Below are positions 1 to 7,866 of a stretch of DNA of 64,000 nucleotides, in pieces. Made by a program: the position numbers and the translations under genes. Location: positions 1,532 to 65,531 of the forward strand of contig DATAEK010000051.1 of NCBI GenBank assembly GCA_036258055.1, written 5' to 3'. How positions within the stretch are numbered: the first letter of the stretch is position 1; the number at the start of each line of letters is the position of its first letter. This DNA comes from Vicinamibacterales bacterium. Its GTDB lineage: Bacteria > Acidobacteriota > Vicinamibacteria > Vicinamibacterales > 2-12-FULL-66-21. Below the pieces are notes generated by a model. The model was not told the DNA's origin. It saw only the letters and a program-made list of their open reading frames with translations, and made no database searches.

Positions 1-265
1 GCTTGCGAGCCTCCGGCTGGACGTTGGTCGCATCCACCACCGTCAGCTTCGCGCGGGCCAGCCGGCGCGCGGCCACGAAGTGCAGCGCCGCAAAGGCGTC
101 GTCGGTCGACGACTGATCGTTCTCGTCATCTGACACGAGCGCGCGAAAGCCGTCCGACGACATCACTTCGGTTGCCTTGAAGTGCTTGCGCGCGAACGTC
201 GACTTGCCGCAGCCCGACGGCCCGATCAGGACGACCAGGGAGAGCTCGGGGATCGTGAAAGTCAT
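1..265 (-). CDS. pnkp: Polynucleotide kinase-phosphatase (Pnkp), N-terminal kinase domain; gene runs off the left window edge
   Basis: Not in the ORF track because it is truncated by the edge. Reverse-strand translation from ATG 265..263 gives MTFTIPELSLVVLIGPSGCGKSTFARKHFKATEVMSSDGFRALVSDDENDQSSTDDAFAALHFVAARRLARAKLTVVDATNVQPEARK. It has a P-loop plus the IPELSLVVLIG, SDDENDQ and LTVVDATNVQ blocks I recall from Clostridium thermocellum Pnkp. Its ATG overlaps the hen1 stop (ATGA at 262..265). Confidence 0.85.
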   Translation of the reverse strand, partial: MTFTIPELSLVVLIGPSGCGKSTFARKHFKATEVMSSDGFRALVSDDENDQSSTDDAFAALHFVAARRLARAKLTVVDATNVQPEARK

Positions 266-1728
266 TCTGGGTTTTCGCGAGGCTCCACCCCTGCTCGGTC
301 TCGCTCGGCGACTTCGCGCCGCGCTCCAGCCGCAGGCGCTTGAACGAACACCGCCATCTGCGTCGGAAAACCGACCTCCTGGTCTTCATCGCCGACCGGT
401 CGATACGTCACGGCGTAGCCGAACCGGGCCGCCACGTCATTCGCCCAGCTCTGGAATTCCGCGCGCGTCCACTCGAAGCGGTGATCCTGGTGCCGGAACT
501 GTCCCGCGGGCAGCGATGGCCATTTCACGTTGTATTCGGCGTTCGGCGTCGTCAGCACGATGGTTGCCGGACGCGCCGATTCGAAGAGGACGCGCTCGAA
601 CGCACGCAGGCGAGGCTGGTCGAGATGTTCGATGACCTCGACCACCGAGGCCGCGTCGAATCCGTTGAGCCGACCGTCGCGATACATCAGCGAACCATGC
701 ATCAGGCGAATGCGCTCGCGCTGCTTCGGCGCCAGCCGATCGAGCTTGAGGCGAGATTCCGCCAGATCGAGCACTCGTCCGGACACGTCCATGCCGACGA
801 TCTCTGCGAACTGATGATCGGCCAGGAGGCGCCGCAGGAGCTTTCCTTCGCCGCAGCCGAGATCGAGCACCCGTGAAGCGCCCGATGCCTTCAGCGCCTC
901 GAACACCGTATCGAGCCGGCGTTCGTTGAGACGGATCGTCCGCTCGATTGACGCTTCCTGCTCGTCCTTCTGGGCAGCCGCCGCTTCCTCCTCGGGCTGC
1001 TCCTCCGCCGTCAGGCGGGCGATGGCATCACGAACGAGCCCCCGCTGGTGCACCAGATATCGCGAGATGATGACGTCTCGCGACGGATGGCTGTCGAGCC
1101 AGCCCTCCCCATGACGAAGGAGCTTTTCGACTTCGTCGTCGCCAACCCAGTAGTGCTTCTGATCATCGAGAACCGGCACGAGCACGTACAGGTGGGTCAG
1201 CAGGTCGCTCAACCGGCGCGTTGCTCGCAGCGTGACGGTGAACAACCGGCTCGGGCCAAGTGCCGGCATGCTCTCGTCGAGTTCGTGGCGCGTCGCTTCG
1301 ACGGTGTAGCCGAGTGGCTCGAACAACGCTCGGAGGAACGCGTCGCCGCCCCGGCAGGGAACACCCGCAAGACGTGCTTCCAGAGGCAAGTCGGCTGCTG
1401 CAAGCTCAGGTTTCCGCTCACATCGACCGCCCAACGCAGAGTTGAACCAACGCGAAAGCACGACCGAGAGCAGCGACGATGCGACATACGGCCGGTCGTT
1501 GACGTACTGGTCCTCAGCGCCTCCCTTGCCGCCCCCGCCACGGACCATTCCGACCGGATCGACGTCGAGCAGCACGGCCGCCGTGCAGGCGTCTTCCGTT
1601 GCCTCCGGATAGAAGACCATGGCACTGCCGAACGGGAACTCCCGCGTGTGCACACGGTCAGGATGCTTGTGCAGCAGGAATCCAAGATCGGTGGCCGGTT
1701 GATGAGTCGTTCGGATGGTCAGGAGCAT
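262..1728 (-). CDS. hen1: Bacterial Hen1, RNA 3'-terminal ribose 2'-O-methyltransferase
   Basis: ORF 262..1800. The likely start is ATG 1728 (MLLTIRTTHQPATDLGFLLHKHPDRV..FPFG...VFYPE), which matches the Hen1 N-terminal domain as I recall it. The C-terminal SAM-MTase motif is VLDLGCGEGKLL. It sits immediately upstream of and overlaps pnkp, the canonical Pnkp/Hen1 operon arrangement. Confidence 0.85.
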   Translation of the reverse strand: MLLTIRTTHQPATDLGFLLHKHPDRVHTREFPFGSAMVFYPEATEDACTAAVLLDVDPVGMVRGGGGKGGAEDQYVNDRPYVASSLLSVVLSRWFNSALGGRCERKPELAAADLPLEARLAGVPCRGGDAFLRALFEPLGYTVEATRHELDESMPALGPSRLFTVTLRATRRLSDLLTHLYVLVPVLDDQKHYWVGDDEVEKLLRHGEGWLDSHPSRDVIISRYLVHQRGLVRDAIARLTAEEQPEEEAAAAQKDEQEASIERTIRLNERRLDTVFEALKASGASRVLDLGCGEGKLLRRLLADHQFAEIVGMDVSGRVLDLAESRLKLDRLAPKQRERIRLMHGSLMYRDGRLNGFDAASVVEVIEHLDQPRLRAFERVLFESARPATIVLTTPNAEYNVKWPSLPAGQFRHQDHRFEWTRAEFQSWANDVAARFGYAVTYRPVGDEDQEVGFPTQMAVFVQAPAAGARREVAERDRAGVEPRENPE

Positions 1729-2058
1729 GTGCTGGATTTGCCTTCGATGACGTCGCAGTCCAGTATCGGCGAAACACGAGCTTTGCCGGGCTCTTGACAC
1801 TGCAGCGGAGTTACCGATGAGCGGCCAATCCTATACTGTCGAGCTCTCGTCGGCGCAAGAAAGAGTCGAGGCCGCGCTAAGCGCCACAACGGATCGTCCG
1901 CGTTCGCCGAGGGACTCGAGGGCAGTCGCATTCGCGAAGGGGGAGCCTGAAACTAGCCTGCGCCGTCCAGGTCGCAGCGCGCGCGTTGAAGCATAGAGAT
2001 TCCTGACTGCGCGCTGAGCTCCTGAGGGTGAGTGCGGCGGCGTCGGCAGAGACGCACA

Positions 2059-2087
2059 TTGACAGTACGGCCGCAGAGCTTTACGAT
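2059..2087 (+). promoter_or_regulatory. Candidate sigma70-type promoter (TTGACA-N17-TACGAT)
   Basis: TTGACA lies at 2059..2064, followed by a 17-nt spacer and TACGAT at 2082..2087. It sits in the intergenic region upstream of the small membrane ORF and the ADOP permease. Confidence 0.3.
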
Positions 2088-2092
2088 GCAAA

Positions 2093-2422
2093 GTGCTTTC
2101 GACGGGCCTCCTTTCGTCGATGCGGAAAGGTCCCATGGCCGCCACACTCAGGCAGCCGAGTGCGCTCATTCCACTGGCCATGTCGGTCGCAGCCCTCGCC
2201 ACCGTCATTGGTTATGCCGCGATGTTCGGGACAGCCCGTCAGTCCGACGAGGGGACCGCGGCTCACGTGTGGCAGTTGCTCATGGCAGGACAGCTGCCAG
2301 TGGTCGCGTTTTTCGCCATCAAATGGCTCCCCACTGAACCCAGACGGGCGCTGGTGATTCTTGCCCTCCAAGTCAGCGCGGCGCTGGCCGCGATGTTCCC
2401 GGTCTGGTGGTTCCAGTGGTAA
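2093..2422 (+). CDS. Small hydrophobic membrane protein (hypothetical)
   Basis: ORF 2093..2422. It has three hydrophobic stretches (ALIPLAMSVAALATVIGYAAMF, QLLMAGQLPVVAFFAI, LVILALQVSAALAAMFPVWWF). The true start is probably an internal ATG (MRKGP.. or MAATL..). Confidence 0.45.
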   Translation: MLSTGLLSSMRKGPMAATLRQPSALIPLAMSVAALATVIGYAAMFGTARQSDEGTAAHVWQLLMAGQLPVVAFFAIKWLPTEPRRALVILALQVSAALAAMFPVWWFQW

Positions 2423-2442
2423 GCCGCGGCGGCGCAGCCGCC

Positions 2443-4875
2443 ATGACCGTACTGCACGATATTCGGTTCGCCGTCCGTCTGCTCGCGAAGCACCGCTGGT
2501 TCACTGCTGCTGCGATCACGGCGCTCGCGCTCGGTATTGGCTTGAACGCGACGGTATTCACGCTCGTCAACGCGTTGCTCCTCCGCAGCCTCCCCTTTGA
2601 GGATCCCGATCGCCTGATGTACGTAGGCGAGCGCGACACCGTGACGGGCCGCAATTTCATGGTTTCGTGGCCCGACTTCCAGGACTGGCAGGAGTCCCAG
2701 AAAACCTTCGTTGGCCTCGGCGCCTGGTCGGTCGGCACGATGAATGTCAGCGACGAAGGACGGCCGGCCGAGCGGTACAACGGCGCGTACTTCTCAGCGA
2801 ACGCCTTCCGGCTGTTCGGTGAACGTCCGATCCGCGGTCGAGACTTCCTGCCCGAGGACGAGAGGCCTGGGGCGCATCCGGTTGTCATGCTCGGCGAAGG
2901 CATCTGGAAAAGCCGCTACGGCGCCGATTCGTCGATCGTTGGCCGGTCGATTCGAATCAACGACCAGCCGGTTACGGTCGTCGGCGTCATGGCGGAAAGG
3001 ATGAAGTTCCCGGATGCCGATCTCTGGCTGCCGCTGTCACACCTGCCTGGGCTGGCGGCACGGAAGCGCGACGAACGGTTTGGATTGCAGGCATTCGGCC
3101 GCCTTGCTCCCGGCGTGTCGCGGCAGGAGGCGCAGAGCGAGTTGACGGCGATCGCCACACGGCTCGAGCACGATTTTGCCGGAACGAACAAGAACATCGG
3201 CGCGACGCTCATGACCTTCAACGAGCGCCTGTATGCAGGTCCGATCCGGCTGGTGATTCTGGCGTCAATGGGCGCTGTCGGCTTCGTGCTGCTCGTCGCA
3301 TGCGCAAACGTCGCAAGTCTTCTGCTGGTGCGATCGACCGGCCGCGCGAGAGAGATCGCGATTCGCATGTCGATCGGTGCGAGGCGCTGGCACATCGTCC
3401 GGCAGCTGCTGATCGAAAGCGTCGTGCTGGCCGCGCTCGGGGGCGCACTCGGGCTGCTCCTGGCGCTTCTGGGGACGCGCTGGTTCGACGCCGCGACGCA
3501 GGGCCTCGGCAGGCCGTACTACCTACAGTTCGCCATCGACGGACGAGTCCTGGCGTTTTTCGCAACCGTCTGCCTCGCGACCGGCATCATCTTCGGCCTG
3601 GCGCCCGCGTTACACATCTCAAAGACTGATATCACCGAGGTCATCAAAGAGGGCGGGCGCGGTGGGAGCGGCGGTCTGCGCGCGCGTCGCTGGACCAGCG
3701 CGTTGATCGTCAGCGAGCTGGCGGTGACGCTCGTGCTGCTGGCGGGCGCGGGGCTCATGGTCCGCAGCTTCCTCGCGCTGTACCGAATCGACCTCGGCAT
3801 CGAGACGGCGCATCTGCTGGCGATGAACCTGTCGCTGCCGGATCAGAAGTACCCGACAGAGGGGCAGCGCGCGGCGTTCTATCACCGCCTCGACGAACGC
3901 CTCGGCGGCATCGGCGGGGTCCGTGGCGCCAGCGTTACGAGCAGCGTCCCGTTTGGCGGCGGTGTGGCGATGCGGCTGACGATCGACGGACGCGAGCCGC
4001 CCGCCGGCGAGCAGCCGCCGCACGTTACCCGCGTGACGATCGGGACGCGGTACTTCGATACCCTCGGGCTGACGCTGACCCGCGGCCACGGGTTCGCCGA
4101 TGCCGACGGCACTCCCGGCCACGAGGTCGGCATCGTCAACCAGCGATTCGTGTCGATGTACTTCGCCGGCGACGATCCCCTCGGGCGCCGCGTCAAGCTG
4201 GCGTCCGATCCACCAACTGGTCCCGAGCCGTCCTGGATCACGATCGTCGGCGTCTCGCCGACCGTCCGCCAGCGCAACCTTCGCGAGCCGGACCCCGATC
4301 CGGTCATCTACGTGCCTTATCGGTTCGCGCCCGCACCGTCCATGACGCTGCTGATTCGCACAATCGGCGAACCGTCCGCACTGACGGGCATGCTGCGTGA
4401 GGAAGTCCGCGCCCTCGATCCCGACCTGCCGCTGTTCGGGATCGCGACGATGGATGAGACGCTCGCGCGGACGCGATGGTTCTATCGCGTGTTCGGCACG
4501 ATGTTCGCGACCTTTGCTCTCGCCGCGTTGATGCTGTCGGCCGTGGGCCTTTACGCCATCACCGCATACTCGGTCACGCAGCGTACTCAGGAGATCGGTG
4601 TGCGGATGGCGCTCGGGGCCGAAGCACGGCAGGTCTGGTGGCTGATCGTCCGGCGATCGTTTGTGCAGCTCGCGATCGGGCTGACCCTGGGGCTGGCGGG
4701 CGCGTTCGTCGTCGGCCGTCTGCTGCGGAGCCTGCTTGCTCAGACGAGCGCGAACGATCCGCTCACGCTGGTTGTGATCGCGACGGTGTTCGTGGTCGTC
4801 TCACTGGTCGCGTGCTTGGGGCCGGCGCGGCGGGCCACCGCGGTCGATCCTCTCAGCGCGCTGCGCTACGAGTAA
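2443..4875 (+). CDS. ADOP-family (MacB/FtsX-like) duplicated orphan ABC permease
   Basis: ORF 2407..4875. The ATG at 2443 gives MTVLHDIRFAVRLLAKHRWFTAAAITALALGIGLNATVF, the typical ADOP N-terminus. There are two FtsX-type 4-TM halves (..ACANVASLLLVR..REIAIRMSIGA..; ..QRTQEIGVRMALGA..) and it ends in DPLSALRYE. Confidence 0.85.
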   Translation: MTVLHDIRFAVRLLAKHRWFTAAAITALALGIGLNATVFTLVNALLLRSLPFEDPDRLMYVGERDTVTGRNFMVSWPDFQDWQESQKTFVGLGAWSVGTMNVSDEGRPAERYNGAYFSANAFRLFGERPIRGRDFLPEDERPGAHPVVMLGEGIWKSRYGADSSIVGRSIRINDQPVTVVGVMAERMKFPDADLWLPLSHLPGLAARKRDERFGLQAFGRLAPGVSRQEAQSELTAIATRLEHDFAGTNKNIGATLMTFNERLYAGPIRLVILASMGAVGFVLLVACANVASLLLVRSTGRAREIAIRMSIGARRWHIVRQLLIESVVLAALGGALGLLLALLGTRWFDAATQGLGRPYYLQFAIDGRVLAFFATVCLATGIIFGLAPALHISKTDITEVIKEGGRGGSGGLRARRWTSALIVSELAVTLVLLAGAGLMVRSFLALYRIDLGIETAHLLAMNLSLPDQKYPTEGQRAAFYHRLDERLGGIGGVRGASVTSSVPFGGGVAMRLTIDGREPPAGEQPPHVTRVTIGTRYFDTLGLTLTRGHGFADADGTPGHEVGIVNQRFVSMYFAGDDPLGRRVKLASDPPTGPEPSWITIVGVSPTVRQRNLREPDPDPVIYVPYRFAPAPSMTLLIRTIGEPSALTGMLREEVRALDPDLPLFGIATMDETLARTRWFYRVFGTMFATFALAALMLSAVGLYAITAYSVTQRTQEIGVRMALGAEARQVWWLIVRRSFVQLAIGLTLGLAGAFVVGRLLRSLLAQTSANDPLTLVVIATVFVVVSLVACLGPARRATAVDPLSALRYE

Positions 4876-4904
4876 GGCATAGCCCTTGTCCATGCTTTGT
4901 TGCC

Positions 4905-5285
4905 CTACGCGGCGCGTCGGACGCCGATCGGGAGGACACGATGCCGCATGTACGCGACGTACGACGCCATGGCGAGCAGCACGAGCGTAACTGCCGCCGA
5001 GCTGATCTCGCCGCGCATCAGATGAAAGACCGTCGCCGACGCGGTCACGATCATGATCCCGGCGGCCGCCCATGTGACCAGCCATGGGAGGATCCGCGTC
5101 AGCCCCGGAAGTGTCAGTCCCACCGCCGCCAGCACTTCCGCGACGCCGAGGAAGAGCTGGAACCACCGCGGCAGCGACGCGTTCATCTGTGCGGCGACCG
5201 CCGGCGGGGGGGTGAGAAAGAGCCAGCCGTGGGCGAAGAACGCAACCGCGAGCAGCACCTGCACGACCCAGAGCAAGATGTTCAT
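4905..5285 (-). CDS. DoxX-like membrane protein
   Basis: ORF 4905..5285, 126 aa with four TM helices. The N-terminus MNILLWVVQVLLAVAFFAHGW is typical of the DoxX family. Confidence 0.7.
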   Translation of the reverse strand: MNILLWVVQVLLAVAFFAHGWLFLTPPPAVAAQMNASLPRWFQLFLGVAEVLAAVGLTLPGLTRILPWLVTWAAAGIMIVTASATVFHLMRGEISSAAVTLVLLAMASYVAYMRHRVLPIGVRRAA

Positions 5286-5458
5286 GACGTCACCTTTCGT
5301 CCTCTACCAACACATCGAACGAGAAACGCTCGGATCGACATAGGACCACAAAATGAGCGGCCGCGGTTAATCTGGGAATTTCTGGCGACAAGCTCGGCCG
5401 AAAAATGCGAGCAATGCCGCTTGGACGGCCGCGACTTTGAATCCGTCGGGCAGAAGAT

Positions 5459-6697
5459 TCAGCTGGCCGGCTGACAACGTCGCGCTTCGATTTGTCCCAC
5501 TTTGTCCTCGAAGGTCGCGACCCACGCGTCGATCCCACCGACGCCGTCCGCAGGCGCGTGCCCGCCGCGCGGGTTTCCCAGCTGATCGACCTGCGCAGCC
5601 TTGAAGATCGCGCGCACGTGCTCGGGGGTGAGGCGGTGCAGTTGCTGGAGAAGGAGACGTCGACCCTCCTCAGAAATGATCGGGTTCGATTCGCCGTCGT
5701 GACCTGCCTTCAACGATATCGTGAGCTCGCCGCGGCATTCGTTCCGGCTGGCCTCTTTGAACACGGGTTTTCGCCGCCACTCTTCAAGGTTCATCTTCGC
5801 CGTGGTCTCACGCGATTCACGGCCCGCTCCACCGAACGTCGCGCCGATGTCCACAATTGTCACCGCTGATCTCGGACATGCGGACGCGTCCCGCCGTTCG
5901 AAGAGGATGGTCGGCTTTTCGGGGATGACCGTTCCGAGCTGGCCGGCTGCCTCGTCAGCAGCCACCGTACAGTACAGCCTCTGCTGTTCAGACTTTCGGT
6001 CGCCATGCTGGATGAACACACCGAGCAATGTCAGGGCATCGAAGTAGGTGCGCTGGCGCGCGCGTTCCGGCCCCAGTGGAAGGGATTGGATGGCTGTGTC
6101 CAGATCCAGCCAGGACCAGCCTTGATCGACGCTGTCGTGGGAGATGATGACCGGCGTGGGCCAGGGCGCCTGCAACATCGCGACATATCGTCGGGTGCGC
6201 GGGCTTCCCGACCCTGTCATGGGATTCTCGGGACACCCATTGCAGCGCACCTCAATCGGCAGCGCGGGTACCGCTTCGAACCCGAGCGCCCACATCAGGC
6301 GCGAAGCCGCAACAGTCGCGAACACTTCGCGGTTGCCGGTCTGGGATTGCGGGTCCCAGTATTTCAGCCGCAAGTCGTGACGTTCCGCCGTGCGACAGAG
6401 AAACTTTGATGAGTGGCCGCCGAGCGCCTTGCCGGCCTGCGCGAACGTGCATGCGATCCCGTCATCGGCTGTGGCCTGCTCGAACGTGTAGGGGAACACA
6501 CCGGCAGGTCCTTCGAGCAGATCGGCCGGCGACAGCGCGCCCGGATCGTGCCAGATGAGCGCGTGGGCAAGATATGCCGCACGCGATTGTGGACTGGTCC
6601 GGATTGCTGAGGCAGTCGTCGGTCCGGTGGCGGCAATCCACCCAACACCGACGGTAAAGATCCCAGCGCTGACGAGGGCCAGTTGTCGTGCCGTCAT
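5459..6697 (-). CDS. Hypothetical secreted/anchored protein with kinase-like catalytic motifs
   Basis: ORF 5459..6808. The ATG at 6697 precedes a signal/anchor segment (MTARQLALVSAGIFTVGVGWIAA). Internal FIQHGDRKSEQ and IVDIGATFG resemble HxDxxxxN and DxG kinase motifs. Confidence 0.6.
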   Translation of the reverse strand: MTARQLALVSAGIFTVGVGWIAATGPTTASAIRTSPQSRAAYLAHALIWHDPGALSPADLLEGPAGVFPYTFEQATADDGIACTFAQAGKALGGHSSKFLCRTAERHDLRLKYWDPQSQTGNREVFATVAASRLMWALGFEAVPALPIEVRCNGCPENPMTGSGSPRTRRYVAMLQAPWPTPVIISHDSVDQGWSWLDLDTAIQSLPLGPERARQRTYFDALTLLGVFIQHGDRKSEQQRLYCTVAADEAAGQLGTVIPEKPTILFERRDASACPRSAVTIVDIGATFGGAGRESRETTAKMNLEEWRRKPVFKEASRNECRGELTISLKAGHDGESNPIISEEGRRLLLQQLHRLTPEHVRAIFKAAQVDQLGNPRGGHAPADGVGGIDAWVATFEDKVGQIEARRCQPAS

Positions 6698-7097
6698 CCG
6701 CACCCGACGTCGTTTCACTTGCAGACCCGCTGCATGCAGCGTCGCATCGCCCCCAGGCTGCACCCAGTGGCTTCGATGATACTCCGCGGCGCGAGTCGAT
6801 GGGCGCACACGATGACCACGGCGGATGGGCTGGCGGTACTAGATTGATTCGCGGGAATGTGTGAACGAAGAGATCCGGGGCATCTCTGATTCGCCACGGT
6901 TGCCCCGGATCAGAGCCGTCACGCGCGCTCCTACAGCGAATTGTCCGGATAGGACCGCACGAGAAGACTGACATCCGAGTGCCATGTTGTTCTCCAAAAT
7001 GTTCACGATCTGGATCAGTGATGCCGACTCGACGTACGATGCGTCGCGGGTCGTGTGATCGGGTCAAAGAGACCTTCCACGTCGGAGAAGGAGACCG

Positions 7098-7580
7098 ATG
7101 CGAAAATCGAACGATGCGCTCCGCGATCACCTTGTGCGGGTCCTGGACTGGGAAGACGCGCATGCCGGCTTCGACAAGGCGGTTGATGGAATCCCTCAAG
7201 ACAAACGCGGTGGGCGCCCTGCTGGCTTCGAGCACTCGCCGTGGCAGCTGGTCGAGCACATGCGCATCGCGCAGGAGGACATCCTCGATTTCTGCGTGAA
7301 CGCGAAGTACCAGCACACCCGAAAATGGCCGGACGACTACTGGCCGGCGGATCCCGCGCCGCCGAGTGCAAGAGCGTGGACGAACAGCATCGCAGCGTAC
7401 ACCCGGTCGCGCACCGCCCTGAAACGCCTGGCTCGTGACGTGACGGACTTGACCGCGCGGGTGCCGACGGGCAAGGGGCGCCAGACCTATCTGCGTGCGA
7501 TTCTGCTGGTGGCCGATCACAACGCCTATCATGTCGGCCAACTCGTCGCCATCCGCCGCGCGCTCGGTATTTGGACATAG
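7098..7580 (+). CDS. DinB-family (DinB_2-like) four-helix-bundle protein
   Basis: ORF 7098..7580. It contains SPWQLVEHM and a C-terminal ADHNAYHVGQLVAIRRALG typical of DinB-like metal-binding proteins. Confidence 0.75.
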   Translation: MRKSNDALRDHLVRVLDWEDAHAGFDKAVDGIPQDKRGGRPAGFEHSPWQLVEHMRIAQEDILDFCVNAKYQHTRKWPDDYWPADPAPPSARAWTNSIAAYTRSRTALKRLARDVTDLTARVPTGKGRQTYLRAILLVADHNAYHVGQLVAIRRALGIWT

Positions 7581-7689
7581 CCGTCGTTTCTCAAACCTGT
7601 GAACGCCGCGCCCTGAACGCCGACCCATGCGGCTGAGCTGATCCCGCTATGCTAGGCTTCGGCTCGATCTCGACTGGAGTAGTCAACCA

Positions 7690-7866
7690 ATGGCGACGGT
7701 TCAGAAAGACATTCTCAACGCATTCTCTGCCAAGCTGTCGAAGTCACCATCGGTCGACCCGGCCATCGCCGAGGCGCTTCGGAAGATGCTGGCCTCCGCC
7801 AAGAAACTCAAGGCGGATGACGTGGTCGCACTGCTCACGAAGAGCCCGACTGGTGGTACGCCGTGA
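7690..7866 (+). CDS. 58-aa hypothetical protein, translationally coupled to the downstream ATPase
   Basis: Below the track's size cutoff. ATG 7690 is preceded by GGAG at 7676..7679. Translation is MATVQKDILNAFSAKLSKSPSVDPAIAEALRKMLASAKKLKADDVVALLTKSPTGGTP. Third positions are mostly G/C. Its TGA (7864..7866) overlaps the GTG start (7863) of the next gene as GTGA. The track's 7649..7885 ORF in another frame is Arg/Ser/Pro-rich and implausible. Confidence 0.4.
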   Translation: MATVQKDILNAFSAKLSKSPSVDPAIAEALRKMLASAKKLKADDVVALLTKSPTGGTP

